From Candidatus Velthaea sp. (GTDB lineage: Bacteria > Vulcanimicrobiota > Vulcanimicrobiia > Vulcanimicrobiales > Vulcanimicrobiaceae): a stretch of 64,000 bases of DNA. The translations under genes and the position numbers were made by a program. How positions within the stretch are numbered: position 1 is the stretch's first letter; every line of letters begins with the position of its first letter. This document shows positions 38,598 to 49,229 of the stretch, piece by piece. Under the pieces are notes generated by a model that was not told the DNA's origin, ran no database searches, and saw nothing but the letters and a program-made list of their open reading frames with translations. The DNA is taken from positions 32,001-96,000 of the forward strand of contig CBDCCS010000003.1 of assembly GCA_965214935.1 (NCBI GenBank), in the 5' to 3' direction.

Positions 38598-39480
38598 TCA
38601 GGCTGCGCTCAACACGGCGGGCTTTAACACGTCTTCACTCCACCGGCGAAAGCTGGTCGGCGTACTGTTTTGCGAAGTGCGCGGCTCCGCATTATCGAGA
38701 CCGTCGCTTTTGGCGACGAGCATATCGATCATCGCTTGTGCCATCGCGTCGGAGTATCCGTTCGATAACAACCGCGGGCGAAGCAACTCGGCCGGAACCT
38801 GTTGAAATGCAATCGGCTTGCCGAGCACTTCGGACATGATTCGGGCCATGTCGTTGTAAGAGATGTCTTCGGGACCAAGCACCGGCAAGCTCTGCGTGCC
38901 GCTCCATGAAGAATCGAGGAGCAGCGCAGAGGCGACGGCAGCAATATCGCGTGTGGCGCAAGCCGGCAACTTGCGGTCACCGGAAATCGGCCAGAAGAAC
39001 ATGCCTTGATTCGTAATCGAGTCGACTTGGCGGAGCATATTGTCCATGAACGAGGGAGCCAAAATAGCGCGATAGCTAACGCCGGTGCTCGATGAGATCG
39101 TCCATTTTTAATGACGCCGTTACGTGCCCGGCGGGTAAATCGACGCCGCGGCCGAGCGCCGAAATCCCGACGACCCGCTTCACGCCCCGGCTGCGGAAAG
39201 CAGCAGCGGCAGGCCGGCTGAACGTCACGTATGCGTCGTCGGCGCTCGCAGCGGCGGGGTCTGCCGGCACCAGCCAAAAGAGCGCGTCGGCGCCTGCGAA
39301 TGCACGATTCACCACCTCCGCATCACGATGCGAACCTTCAACAACTTCGACCCGACCGCGGGTGCTCGCGGGCAGCCGAGACGGATCGCGCGCGATCACC
39401 CGGATAGTTTCCCCGCTTTCAAGAATGTTTGCGAGAACCTGGCGACCGATGTTACTCGTGGGGGCGGTCAAAACGATCAT
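38598..39480 (-). pseudogene. NmrA-family NAD(P)H-binding protein, frameshifted
   Basis: ORFs 39076-39480 and 38598-39062 join as ...KMDDLI(x)STGVSYRAILAPSFMDN... if one frameshift near 39090 is corrected. Confidence 0.8.
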
Positions 39481-39850
39481 GGAGCCTCATCTGAAGTTGG
39501 AGCGCCTTCCGAAACTTTACCGTACCGTTTACTAGGTTGAGACGCTGCTGCGCTGCGTATGCTCGGTTCCGTGATTCGTTCTCGCCGCCCTAAGCGCTCT
39601 TTGGAATCGAACGCCTTTCCGACAAACACGCCGATGACCGCGTACTTCGCTGCGCTATCGATTGCCGGGTACTCTGCCGCAGCCTGCTTACACTGCCCGG
39701 CTCAGCTCGCGAAGGTGCGTTAGCAGGTCGATCAATGGCGAACCTACCGTGACACGAGTGCCGGTCGACCTCACACGGAAGAACCGCTGGGATGCAGCGC
39801 ACATCGACATTGTGCGTTTTGAAAAGGCGGTTAGCCGTGTGGCTGCATCC

Positions 39851-40633
39851 CTAGCGTAGCAATATTGTGAGAACGGCGATGTCGTCCGGATAGCGCGGTG
39901 TTGTCGCCTCGAGCACATGGTCGACGATAAATCTCGCGGGCCGCGTTGCCGCTTCGATAAGCGCATCGCGCGCCGCGATCAATAAACGTGTTTCGCCTGC
40001 TTCGACATCATGATTCGATTCGATCAAGCCGTCGGTGTAGAACACCAGCAGCGAGTTAGGCTCGTACACGACTTCGTGTTCGCGAATCAAGTCGGGGAGA
40101 TTGACTTCGACGCCGAGCGGAAATCCATGGTTGGGCAGAATACGCGCCGGTTCGCCGAGTCTCGCGATTACCGGCGGATGATGACCGGCACAAGCGTAGG
40201 TGATTTTGCGACATGACACATCGATGATGCCGTAAATCGCAGTCGTGAATTGAACGTGATGATCGTTGAGGAAGATCACCTTATTGGCCTGATCGAGAAC
40301 GGCGATCGGCATCGGATCGTTGATTTGAAGCGAAGCGGCCACTTTGATGGCCTGCTTCGCTTGCGCCATCTTCACTGCCGCACCCACCCCTTTGCCGCAT
40401 ACATCGCCGATAGAAAATGCCGTTCGTCCATCCGGTAAGACAAAGACGTCGTACCAATCGCCGCCTAGCCGCTCGAAGTCGTCCGCCGGCTGGTAGACGA
40501 CATCAAACGTCAACCCATCGACGACCGGAAAAACGGTGAGCAAAAATCCTTTGAGCAGCGCGTCGATCGTGTTTTGCTTTACGGCTAACTCGCGCTGGAG
40601 CGTTTCGACTGTTTCAACGCTATTGTGTAGCAT
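39851..40633 (-). CDS. PP2C/SpoIIE-family (RsbU-like) Ser/Thr phosphatase, no sensor domain
   Basis: GGDWYD, IGDVCGKG, AGHHPP, FYTDGLIE, DDIAVL. Confidence 0.92.
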   Translation of the reverse strand: MLHNSVETVETLQRELAVKQNTIDALLKGFLLTVFPVVDGLTFDVVYQPADDFERLGGDWYDVFVLPDGRTAFSIGDVCGKGVGAAVKMAQAKQAIKVAASLQINDPMPIAVLDQANKVIFLNDHHVQFTTAIYGIIDVSCRKITYACAGHHPPVIARLGEPARILPNHGFPLGVEVNLPDLIREHEVVYEPNSLLVFYTDGLIESNHDVEAGETRLLIAARDALIEAATRPARFIVDHVLEATTPRYPDDIAVLTILLR

Positions 40634-40989
40634 ATCGGCCTTCCGTCAGGGCCGGCGCAGCGATCGGTGCAACATCAGCTCTTTCGTGGCCGGACGCCGT
40701 TGCGAGCGATTGCCATCGCACTCGCCATGCGATCATACAACCGGCAAGCGGCTGATTATATCGTTAAAAAAGCGATATGAAACAGAGTCCTTGCGCGTCG
40801 TCTGCTCGCCGCGAATGGTCGATTGACCGGCCTTCGCGCAATCGTCGGGAGGGTTCGTACGGCCGCTACGGCTATTCGTACGAGAAATCCGGACGCGTCG
40901 ACCGGCGTTCCGGCACTCCTTACCGCTCAAGCTAAGCCTGCGCAGCTCGTCGTCACGCTAGCTGCTATCAGCCGGATGATACAACGATC

Positions 40990-41739
40990 ATGCTCATCGT
41001 CTTCGATCTCGACGGAACGTTAGCCGAAAGTAAAGCGCCCCTCGATGCGGAGATGGGTCTGCTTTTGCAGGCCCTGCTCGGCGTCGCGCGCGTTGCGGTT
41101 ATTTCAGGCGGCGATCTGCCGCAATTCCAAACGCAGCTCCTCGGGCGTTTGCCGTCCGGCGCCGACCTCACGAAGATGTCGCTGCTGCCGACCTGCGGGA
41201 CCCGCTTCTATACCTATTCGGACGACTGGCACAAGCTTTATTCCGAAGATCTCAGCGGCGCACAAAAAGAGCGAATTATTGCTGCGCTGCATGGTGCGAT
41301 AACCGCTTTGGGCTTCGACGCAGCCCAAACATGGGGCGACACCATTGAAGACCGCGAAAGTCAAATAACGTATTCGGCACTGGGCCAACAAGCGCCGCTC
41401 GATGCAAAAAAGCAGTGGGATCCCGACTTCGCCAAACGCAAGGCGATGAAGGCCGCGCTCGATCGTAACTTAGCGGACTTTTCGGTTCGCTTGGGCGGTT
41501 CGACATCGATCGATATCACGTTGCCGGGCATCGACAAAGCCTACGGCATGCGAAAACTGCGCGATATTCTCGGCATTCCGATTGCCGACATGCTTTTCAT
41601 CGGAGACGCGCTTTTTCCGGGCGGTAACGACGCGCCCGTTCGCGACACCGGCGCACGCTGCATTCAAGTCAGAGATCCGGATGAAACAAAGCGCGTCATC
41701 GAGGCAATCAACGCTTGTTTGAGCAGCGCGACGACGTGA
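40990..41739 (+). CDS. HAD-IIB family hydrolase (phosphomannomutase-like)
   Basis: FDLDGTL, ISGGD, IDKAYG, FIGDALFPGGND. Confidence 0.88.
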   Translation: MLIVFDLDGTLAESKAPLDAEMGLLLQALLGVARVAVISGGDLPQFQTQLLGRLPSGADLTKMSLLPTCGTRFYTYSDDWHKLYSEDLSGAQKERIIAALHGAITALGFDAAQTWGDTIEDRESQITYSALGQQAPLDAKKQWDPDFAKRKAMKAALDRNLADFSVRLGGSTSIDITLPGIDKAYGMRKLRDILGIPIADMLFIGDALFPGGNDAPVRDTGARCIQVRDPDETKRVIEAINACLSSATT

Positions 41740-41747
41740 TCGGGCAA

Positions 41748-42110
41748 TTACCGCTGCGGGCCGTCCGCGATGAGTTCAAGTCGATCGCGCAACGCGATTT
41801 CGCCGCGCTGTAATGCGCCGCTGCCGAGCTCGATAACGGCGTGGGCCCGATAACAGATAATTGCTAAGCGTCCACCGGGAACGTTTGCGCAGACCCGCAG
41901 CACACGCGACTGTGCGTCGAGGAAAATAATATCGATCCGGACACGCATTCCGAGTGTGTGAATAGCCGAACATGGTTCGATCCATAAACCTTCGTCTGGT
42001 TCGAGGTGCGCTCGTGATAGCAAACCGACCGATCGCTGCAACCACGTTTTTGCAAGCCCGACACGCGTCGCCACGATTGTCCCGCTCGTGACGTTTCGCA
42101 GTAACGCCAT
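41748..42110 (-). CDS. DUF192 domain protein
   Basis: RSVGLL...EGLWIEPCSAIHTLGM...IDIIFLD...VIELGSG. Confidence 0.88.
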   Translation of the reverse strand: MALLRNVTSGTIVATRVGLAKTWLQRSVGLLSRAHLEPDEGLWIEPCSAIHTLGMRVRIDIIFLDAQSRVLRVCANVPGGRLAIICYRAHAVIELGSGALQRGEIALRDRLELIADGPQR

Positions 42111-42200
42111 TACGGCCACCGGCCGACGGTATCCGTATCCGTCGCGAGTCGGCTAACGCGAGGTACGATGGGCATATACGATCGCCGCGCTCATATATGC

Positions 42201-43784
42201 CTATTCTGCAGCAACTTGGGCGGCCTGCCCCGGACGCTTGAGAAGAAGCACGAGTGGTGCCAGCGCCCATGTCACCAGCGCGCTGTCACGATTGATTTCC
42301 GCATAACCGAGAACCACCGCTTGGGTCGAGACGATCTGCGAAAGTGCGCTTCGGGCACCGTTCGATAATACGCCGCCGCGCTGATCGAGAAACGCAACGA
42401 CCGGTGTCCGCTCGAGCGTGATGTCGGCTGCGAGCCGCGTTTGATGAACGGCCGTTGCGCGCTCGAGTAAAACAATGAGTAACGCGGTTGCAAGGCTGCC
42501 GCCGAGTTGACGCGCGAGATTGAACATCGCGGAAGCCTTCGGTACCTCGGGCGGCGTAACGCTGCCGAACACCACGAGTGACAGTGGCACGAACACCTGC
42601 GAAAGTCCAATTCCCGACAGAACGAGCGCGCCGAAGAACGTCCAGAAATCGGAAATGAACGTCGTTACGCCGGCCAGCAGCCAATTCGACGCGCCGATTA
42701 AGACAAAGCCGATGCCGATTTGCCAGCGCGGATCGACCAGGCCGGTCGCCGCGAGCCGAGCGGCAAGCGGCGTAAGCAGCATCACCGGTAGTGCCCGAAA
42801 CAAAATGAGCGCACCGGAAACCGTCGCGGTAAAACCGAGCGACCCTTGCGTGTATTGCGGCAACGTGACGAGCGTGCCGAGTAGCGTGATTCCCAATGCC
42901 AAGCCGAGAGCGCTGCCCGCCCACACCGTCCGATGCCGCAGGATCGTCAGATCGACAACCGGTCGACGCGAAATAAACAGTTCCCAAATGATGAACGTCA
43001 TGAGACCCAGGCCGGCAGTGAAGCTGAGTCGCACGATCGTCGGGTCGCCGAACCAGTCTTTCTCTTGGCCCTGATCGAGAACGAATTGCAAGCTGCCCAG
43101 GCCGATGGCGAGCAATGCGAGTCCGACGCCGTCTAGCGGCAGGCGTTCAGGCGCTTCCGGATTCCGTAAGAAGACGATGGTTAAAAATGCAGCCACGATT
43201 CCGATCGGCACGTTGACGAAGAAGCACCATTGCCATGATGCGTTATCGACGATGATACCGCCGAGCAATGGTCCGATGGTCGGACCGACGATCGCGCCGA
43301 GGGCGAAGATCGACTGCGCTGCACCTTGCTGATCGGCCGGAAACGTTTCGCGTAGAATCGCCTGTGCTTGCGAAAGAAGTCCACCGCCGCCCGCGCCCTG
43401 CACGACGCGCCAGACCACCAGTGAAACGAGGTCGTGCGAAAGCCCGCACATGATCGAGGCAACGGTGAAAAGAATGATCGATGCAGCGAAGTATTGTTTA
43501 CGACCGAATCGTCGCTGCAGCCATGGTGACAGCGGGATGACGACGACGTTCGCAACGATGTAGCCCGTGACGATGAAGGTGCCTTCGTCTTGTGACGCAC
43601 CGACATTGCCTTGTATGTCCGGCAGCGCTACATTGACGATCGTCGTATCGACGATTTCGAGCAGCGCGCCGAAGACGACGGCCACGACAACGGCCACACG
43701 CCGCAAACCGTATTCGATCACGTCCGCGCGCTGTTTGGGCGGCGGTTGCGCTGGGCCGGCCTGGCGATGTGTCGAACTCGTCAC
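42201..43784 (-). CDS. DHA2 family MFS efflux permease (EmrB/QacA)
   Basis: DTTIVNVALP, WRVVQGAGGG, GPTIGPLLGG, WCFFVNVPIG. Confidence 0.95.
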   Translation of the reverse strand: MTSSTHRQAGPAQPPPKQRADVIEYGLRRVAVVVAVVFGALLEIVDTTIVNVALPDIQGNVGASQDEGTFIVTGYIVANVVVIPLSPWLQRRFGRKQYFAASIILFTVASIMCGLSHDLVSLVVWRVVQGAGGGGLLSQAQAILRETFPADQQGAAQSIFALGAIVGPTIGPLLGGIIVDNASWQWCFFVNVPIGIVAAFLTIVFLRNPEAPERLPLDGVGLALLAIGLGSLQFVLDQGQEKDWFGDPTIVRLSFTAGLGLMTFIIWELFISRRPVVDLTILRHRTVWAGSALGLALGITLLGTLVTLPQYTQGSLGFTATVSGALILFRALPVMLLTPLAARLAATGLVDPRWQIGIGFVLIGASNWLLAGVTTFISDFWTFFGALVLSGIGLSQVFVPLSLVVFGSVTPPEVPKASAMFNLARQLGGSLATALLIVLLERATAVHQTRLAADITLERTPVVAFLDQRGGVLSNGARSALSQIVSTQAVVLGYAEINRDSALVTWALAPLVLLLKRPGQAAQVAAE

Positions 43785-43805
43785 GATGCTGACATACTAC
43801 CAGAT

Positions 43806-44283
43806 TTGATAAGCGCAGGTTGCTGTATCGTCGGCGGCGGTGCGGCCGGGATCATTGCCCGTTACCTGCTCGCGCGCGGGCGTCGACACGCTCCATCCGT
43901 CGACCCTGCGAATCATCGATGACTCGGCGAACGCTTGCACCATTCCTCGCCGATCGCACCGACGAATGCTGACATGGGATGACGTCAGTCTGCCGACCGT
44001 TGAACTCGATCGCCTCCGCACGTGGTATCGCGCCGGGTTACCATGCATCGGCGATGCTGCGCATCAGCTTGCCGGGCCGTTAGTATCCGGTATTCCATCG
44101 AGCCGGCAACTCGGCGCCGTACAACGCCGGCGCGCGTTGCCTGCCCGGCTTGTCGCTGCCGGCCAAACGATCGGTCACAAACGGCTTCTCCGGCCGCTAT
44201 CGGCAAAGCGGAGCGCCGTGCGTCGGCCGCCGATCTTGCGCCTGCTATCGCTTTTTCCGTGGTTGCAGCGCATTCCGGCGTAG
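43806..44283 (+). pseudogene. Heavily deleted remnant of an FAD-dependent monooxygenase/oxidoreductase
   Basis: Fragments across two frames: CCIVGGGAAG...LLAR / AGVD-TLHPSTL / WDDVSLPTVELDRLRTWYRAGLPCIGDAAH / AVQRRR. Confidence 0.75.
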
Positions 44284-44286
44284 CGC

Positions 44287-45534
44287 TCACAAGCCCTCGA
44301 AACCCATCTGCCGGCGACCCAGAGCGGTCAAGTCGGTCTCCGAAGCGCGCCCGCTGAAATCCAGCTCGTAATCCTCGCGCGCGAAATCCGGTGAACTTTC
44401 ACCCCGTAAGAAGGCGGTTTTCTGCATTTTGAGATTCGACCGGTTTTTCTCACAATACGGCGCCGAACTTATATACATGACGTTGCTGAACTTTGCGCCG
44501 CGGTGAACGTCTTCAACGGCGTGGATGAGATCGGGGTGCCACCAAACCGTGTCACCCGGATAGACTCGCGGAATCGACACGACGGCCGGCAGCAGCGGTG
44601 CGTGCCAGCGTTGGGAAATGCCCAGCGCGCGTCCGGGCGCGGCACCGCACAGCGAATCAATCGGCACATCATCGCACAGCGCTCGCAATAAGAGAAAAAC
44701 AATCGCGTTCGGCAGTGGTAACACGCGTAGCGTCCCGTCGCCGGGCCCCTGCTCGGTCAGCGCCGTCCAGCCTTGATACGTGCGAAACATGCGGCAAACC
44801 GCAGGCGACGGAATTTCTCGCACGTCCGGCCGGTATGCAGCATCAAATGGATCGTAGTTGCGCCAATCCGCGGAAAAAACGTCGCCATAGACGCGATTGA
44901 ACGCCGGATCGAGCCAGCGTTCGACCGAACCGCCATCCGTGTGCGGCGATAATCCGAGCGTCGTGTCGCCCGGCTCGCGCCGGCGAATGCGGTCGGCATA
45001 CGTACAGAGCCGATTCGGGTCGATATCAGCCGGCGCGCCGCGGCGAAAATGCCACAATCCGTTGAGCCATAGCCGAGCGTTGGTCAACGCTTCGGACTGA
45101 CGGGCCGCAACTTGCGGCGGCGACCAGTAAATTCCGTAAATCTGCGGGCGTTTGCTTTCGAGCTGATCGAAGTAATTGTCGAGCCCGGCTCGCTGCTGCG
45201 CCTTGTGCGCATAGTCGTTGCGCGCCAGATACTCCGCCAACTCGTCGTTCCACGCCGCAACCTGGTCGCGGGCGAAAACATTGCGGATGACGGCGCAGCC
45301 GCGCATCCGTACGGCACGTTCGACGGCGCCGTCTACCGTGCCGGCGGCGATCGAGGCGTACGTGATTTCGGGAACGATTTGCTCGCCCTGCGCGTCGCGT
45401 TCGCCGATTTCAAAAGCTAACTGCGCAAACTCAGCCTCGACCTCGGCAAAGACATGTGCAACATCGAAAGACGCTCGCAGCCGCGTTTTCAACTTAACGA
45501 TCTGTGCTGCGCGTTCGATCTCGTCGAGTGCCAT
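44287..45534 (-). CDS. DUF1479 (YbiU/Gig2-like) protein, putative 2-His-1-carboxylate oxygenase fold
   Basis: IYWSPPQVAARQ, YADRIRRREPG, LSPHTDGGSVERW, FRTYQGWTAL, PGDTVWWHPDLIHAVE. Confidence 0.88.
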   Translation of the reverse strand: MALDEIERAAQIVKLKTRLRASFDVAHVFAEVEAEFAQLAFEIGERDAQGEQIVPEITYASIAAGTVDGAVERAVRMRGCAVIRNVFARDQVAAWNDELAEYLARNDYAHKAQQRAGLDNYFDQLESKRPQIYGIYWSPPQVAARQSEALTNARLWLNGLWHFRRGAPADIDPNRLCTYADRIRRREPGDTTLGLSPHTDGGSVERWLDPAFNRVYGDVFSADWRNYDPFDAAYRPDVREIPSPAVCRMFRTYQGWTALTEQGPGDGTLRVLPLPNAIVFLLLRALCDDVPIDSLCGAAPGRALGISQRWHAPLLPAVVSIPRVYPGDTVWWHPDLIHAVEDVHRGAKFSNVMYISSAPYCEKNRSNLKMQKTAFLRGESSPDFAREDYELDFSGRASETDLTALGRRQMGFEGL

Positions 45535-45847
45535 TGATGACCCGCTTAAATAGCTTTGCTTGCGGTCCGCACGCGATTGTCCCATTTCTGCATCGTTGTT
45601 GTATTCGCTTCCGGCAGCTAACGTTTGCGCCGAACACGGCTCGGTTATCGCGCAGGGTGCTTACCCGGAGACCGCTAACTTAGACGGCGGGCACTGAACC
45701 GTCGAGCGGAGTCATCATGTTTGCAAGCGCGCCTGTACTCGGCATCGCTATGGGAACACGTTTCATTACGTTTGTCGTTCGCGATGTGCGTTGCGCCGTC
45801 GTCGCCGAAGATGCACGCGCAATAAACGCCGTGGCTTTTTGAACGTC

Positions 45848-46870
45848 ATGATCGCCGGTCCGCTCGAGTCGGTGCTAGCCGATCGAATACGTTCGCTTGC
45901 GGTCGTCGGCGAACTCTTGTATGACGAAGCGCTTTTGCCCAAGCCGCGTTATATTAACGATCATGCCGGCGTGCCGTTCGTGCGTGACGCCGCCGCCGAG
46001 TCACGCTGGAATGCCATGCTCGAACGTGCGGACGTGCTGTTCGGGTATCCCGGTGACTCCGGCGCCGGGCTGGCTGCGGCGCTTGCGCGTGCACCGCACG
46101 TGCGTTTCGTTCAAGGCACTGCGGCGGGTGCCGGCGGACATGTGAAAGCCGCGGCGCTCAGCGCCGACGTGCTACAACGCGTTCGCTTTTGTACCGCAGC
46201 GGGTGCACACGGCGGCATGCTGGCCGAATTTGCGTTCTATGGTTTGCTCGCGTTGCGCAAAGACGCACGCCGTTTGCAACGGTTGCGCGACGAGCGAAGC
46301 TGGGAGCACTTTGCAATGGGCGAACTCGACGGCTCGCGCATCTCAATCGTCGGAATGGGCCAGATAGGTTGCGCCGTTGCACTGCGCGCACGTGCCTTCG
46401 GCATGCACGTCATTGCCGTTAATCGCACGGGCGAGGTACACGCGCTCGGCGATGAGACGGTTGCCGCGGCGTCGCTAAGCGACATCCTTCCGTCCAGCGA
46501 TGCCGTCGTCGTCACCTTGCCATTAACCGACAAGACGCAGCATCTCATCGATGCAAAGGCGATCGCGGCGCTACCCGCGCACGGCATCCTCATCAATGTC
46601 GGCCGCGGTCCGGTCGTCGATAACGACGCGCTCGTGGCAGCGCTCGAACAGAACCGGATCGCCGGTGCGGTACTCGACGTCTTCGATCCCGAGCCGCTGC
46701 CGCCGGACAATCCGCTGTGGACGCTGCCGAACGTCATTTTTGCTCCGCATACCGCCGCACTCTCGGTGCATGAGAATCAGCGCATCGTCGACATCTTCTG
46801 CGACAATCTGCAGCGTCTAGCGGCGGATAGGCCGCTGCGAAATGTGGTGAACCTTGCCGAATTTTACTAG
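45848..46870 (+). CDS. D-2-hydroxyacid dehydrogenase
   Basis: GMGQIG, TLPLT, INVGRG, LDVFDPEPLP, APHTAA. Confidence 0.93.
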   Translation: MIAGPLESVLADRIRSLAVVGELLYDEALLPKPRYINDHAGVPFVRDAAAESRWNAMLERADVLFGYPGDSGAGLAAALARAPHVRFVQGTAAGAGGHVKAAALSADVLQRVRFCTAAGAHGGMLAEFAFYGLLALRKDARRLQRLRDERSWEHFAMGELDGSRISIVGMGQIGCAVALRARAFGMHVIAVNRTGEVHALGDETVAAASLSDILPSSDAVVVTLPLTDKTQHLIDAKAIAALPAHGILINVGRGPVVDNDALVAALEQNRIAGAVLDVFDPEPLPPDNPLWTLPNVIFAPHTAALSVHENQRIVDIFCDNLQRLAADRPLRNVVNLAEFY

Positions 46871-46885
46871 AACGCGCGGTGGAGA

Positions 46886-47689
46886 ATGCTGAGCTTGGAT
46901 GATCGGATCGACGTCCGCGGACAGGCTGCCATCGTTACCGGTGCCGCGCGTGGAATCGGTCGCGCGATCGCTTTGCGTCTTGCGCGCGACGGCATGCACG
47001 TAACGATCGCGGACCTCGATGAACCCGGCGCCCAAGCTGTTGCCCGCGAAGCCGCCGGCGGCGGTTTGGAGATGCTGGCATTGCGCGTCGACATCGCGCA
47101 AGCCGACGACCGCGAGCGCATGATCGATCGCACGCGATCGGCATTCGGACGCTTCGACGTGCTGGTCAACAACGCCGGAATCCAGATCATCAGCGATCCG
47201 TTATCCGTCGACGAGCGGCATTGGGATCGCATGATGGACATCAACGCTAAAGGCACCTGGTTCGCCTGTCAGAGCGCGATCCGCATCTTGTTGGAAACGC
47301 AGACCCGGGGACGAATCGTCAACCTTGCGTCGATTGCCGGTAAGATGGCGAGCACCGTGCTGCATCCGGCATATAATGTCAGTAAAGCTGCGGTTTTAGC
47401 GATGACGAAGACGTTCGCCGCGGCGTACGCAGCGAACGGTATTCGCGTCAACGCCGTCTGTCCGGGCGTTATTCAAACCGAGATGCAAGACGCCGTCGAT
47501 GCACGCTTTGCGGAGTTGCAGGCCCGTACGCCGCAAGCCGTCCGTTCCGACCGGCTCGGCCGCATCCCGCTCGGCTATGCCGGCGAGCCGGATGCCGTTG
47601 CCGCAGTCGTTTCTTTCCTCGTCGGTAACGACGGGCGCTATCTCACGGGTCAAGCCATCAACGTTGACGGCGGTATCGTCACGTACTAG
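46886..47689 (+). CDS. SDR family oxidoreductase (polyol/sugar dehydrogenase-like)
   Basis: TGAARGIG, NNAG, YNVSK, CPGVIQTEM. Confidence 0.9.
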   Translation: MLSLDDRIDVRGQAAIVTGAARGIGRAIALRLARDGMHVTIADLDEPGAQAVAREAAGGGLEMLALRVDIAQADDRERMIDRTRSAFGRFDVLVNNAGIQIISDPLSVDERHWDRMMDINAKGTWFACQSAIRILLETQTRGRIVNLASIAGKMASTVLHPAYNVSKAAVLAMTKTFAAAYAANGIRVNAVCPGVIQTEMQDAVDARFAELQARTPQAVRSDRLGRIPLGYAGEPDAVAAVVSFLVGNDGRYLTGQAINVDGGIVTY

Positions 47690-47729
47690 TAGCGATCGAC
47701 ACCAGCGCGAAGCCCGACGGAAGGTCGTT

Positions 47730-49229
47730 ATGTCCGACGCCACACCACTGCTCGACGTTGCCGGAGTTTCTAAGCAGCTCGGTGGAACGCGTGCGCTCTC
47801 CAACGTCGATTTTACCGTGCAGCGCGGCGAAATTCACGCGCTGCTCGGCGGTAACGGGGCCGGCAAATCGACGCTTATCAAGACGTTAGCCGGAATCCAC
47901 CGGCCCGACACCGGGACGATCTCGCTTAACGGCAGCGTCATCGATACCAGCGCCGATCAACCGGCGATTAGTTTCATTCATCAAGACCTCGGCCTGATCG
48001 ATGAAATGACGATCGGTGAGAATATCGGTCTGGTGCGCGGCTATCCGCGGCGGTCGGGCGTCATCGATTGGCGTGCGCTGCGCGAGCGTGCACGGCGCGC
48101 TCTCGATCTTGTCGGCAGCACGCTCGATCCGGAACAAAACGTCGCGCAATTACGCGCGACCGATAAGTCGATGGTCGCCATCGCGCGCGCGTTAGCGGGC
48201 GATGCGCAGCTACTCGTCTTAGACGAACCGACGGCGAGTTTGCCCGAGGCCGACGTTGCGCGCCTCTTCGACGTCTTGCATCGGCTGCGCAAACGCGGCG
48301 TCGGCATGATCTATGTCAGCCATCGGCTCGATGAAGTTTTTCGTATAGCCGATCGGGTCACCGTGTTGCGCGACGGCAAGAAAGTTGCGACGCGCCGGCT
48401 GAGCGAGACGACGCCTAAAGAATTAGTGCTCATGATCGTCGGCCGTCCGCCCGCCGATGTGTTCGTTAAACCGCTGCATCCCGAAGCGCAAACGGTGCTT
48501 GACATCGTCGATCTCGAAGTCGCGGGGATCGGGCCGATCACATTTTCCGTACGGGCCGGCGAGATGGTCGGGTTGACGGGTTTGCGCGGTGCCGGGCAAG
48601 ATGAGATCGGGCGAGCGATCGCCGGCATCATCCCGACACGCAGCGGCACGATCCGGCTGCATGGGCGTGACATTCGTCCGACGTCGCCGGCTGCCGCGAT
48701 CGAGCTTGGCATCGGTTTCGTTTCGAGCAAACGTCAAGACGAGAGCCTTGCGGTCGGCTTGTGCGTTCAAGAGAACTTATTTCTCAACCCGGCCGCCGCC
48801 GGCCGCCGGATGTTTCGCGTGCAATCACGCCGGCGCGAACGCGCAGCAGCGGCCGCGATGTGCGAGCGTTTCGACGTACGGCCGCGCGATCCCGAGCGCG
48901 TGGTCAGCACGTTATCGGGCGGCAATCAGCAAAAGGTCGTGATCGCCCGAACGGTCGCCATCGGCCGCGCGCTGCTCGTGCTCGAAGAACCGACGCAGGG
49001 CGTCGATGTGGGTGCGAAGGCCGACATCTACGCGACGCTCGCAGCGGCGCTCACACGCGAGTCGGGACTCGGCATCGTTCTTGTCTCGAGCGATTTGGAA
49101 GAGATTGCGGGCGTTTGTAATCGCGCGCTTATTTTTCGCTACGGCAAAATCGTGGACGAGGTCGGTGGCAGCTCGATGACGCTGGGTTCGCTTACCGCGC
49201 TCGTCACGGGCGCCGGGAGGGTCGCGTGA
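47730..49229 (+). CDS. Monosaccharide ABC transporter ATP-binding protein
   Basis: GGNGAGKST, DEPT, LSGGNQQKV, EEPTQGVDVGAK. Confidence 0.95.
   Translation: MSDATPLLDVAGVSKQLGGTRALSNVDFTVQRGEIHALLGGNGAGKSTLIKTLAGIHRPDTGTISLNGSVIDTSADQPAISFIHQDLGLIDEMTIGENIGLVRGYPRRSGVIDWRALRERARRALDLVGSTLDPEQNVAQLRATDKSMVAIARALAGDAQLLVLDEPTASLPEADVARLFDVLHRLRKRGVGMIYVSHRLDEVFRIADRVTVLRDGKKVATRRLSETTPKELVLMIVGRPPADVFVKPLHPEAQTVLDIVDLEVAGIGPITFSVRAGEMVGLTGLRGAGQDEIGRAIAGIIPTRSGTIRLHGRDIRPTSPAAAIELGIGFVSSKRQDESLAVGLCVQENLFLNPAAAGRRMFRVQSRRRERAAAAAMCERFDVRPRDPERVVSTLSGGNQQKVVIARTVAIGRALLVLEEPTQGVDVGAKADIYATLAAALTRESGLGIVLVSSDLEEIAGVCNRALIFRYGKIVDEVGGSSMTLGSLTALVTGAGRVA

Noticed and set aside
45535..45847. Possible riboswitch in the DUF1479/dehydrogenase divergent gap
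   Set aside because: No conserved core of a riboswitch class I know could be matched by eye; an Rfam scan would be needed.
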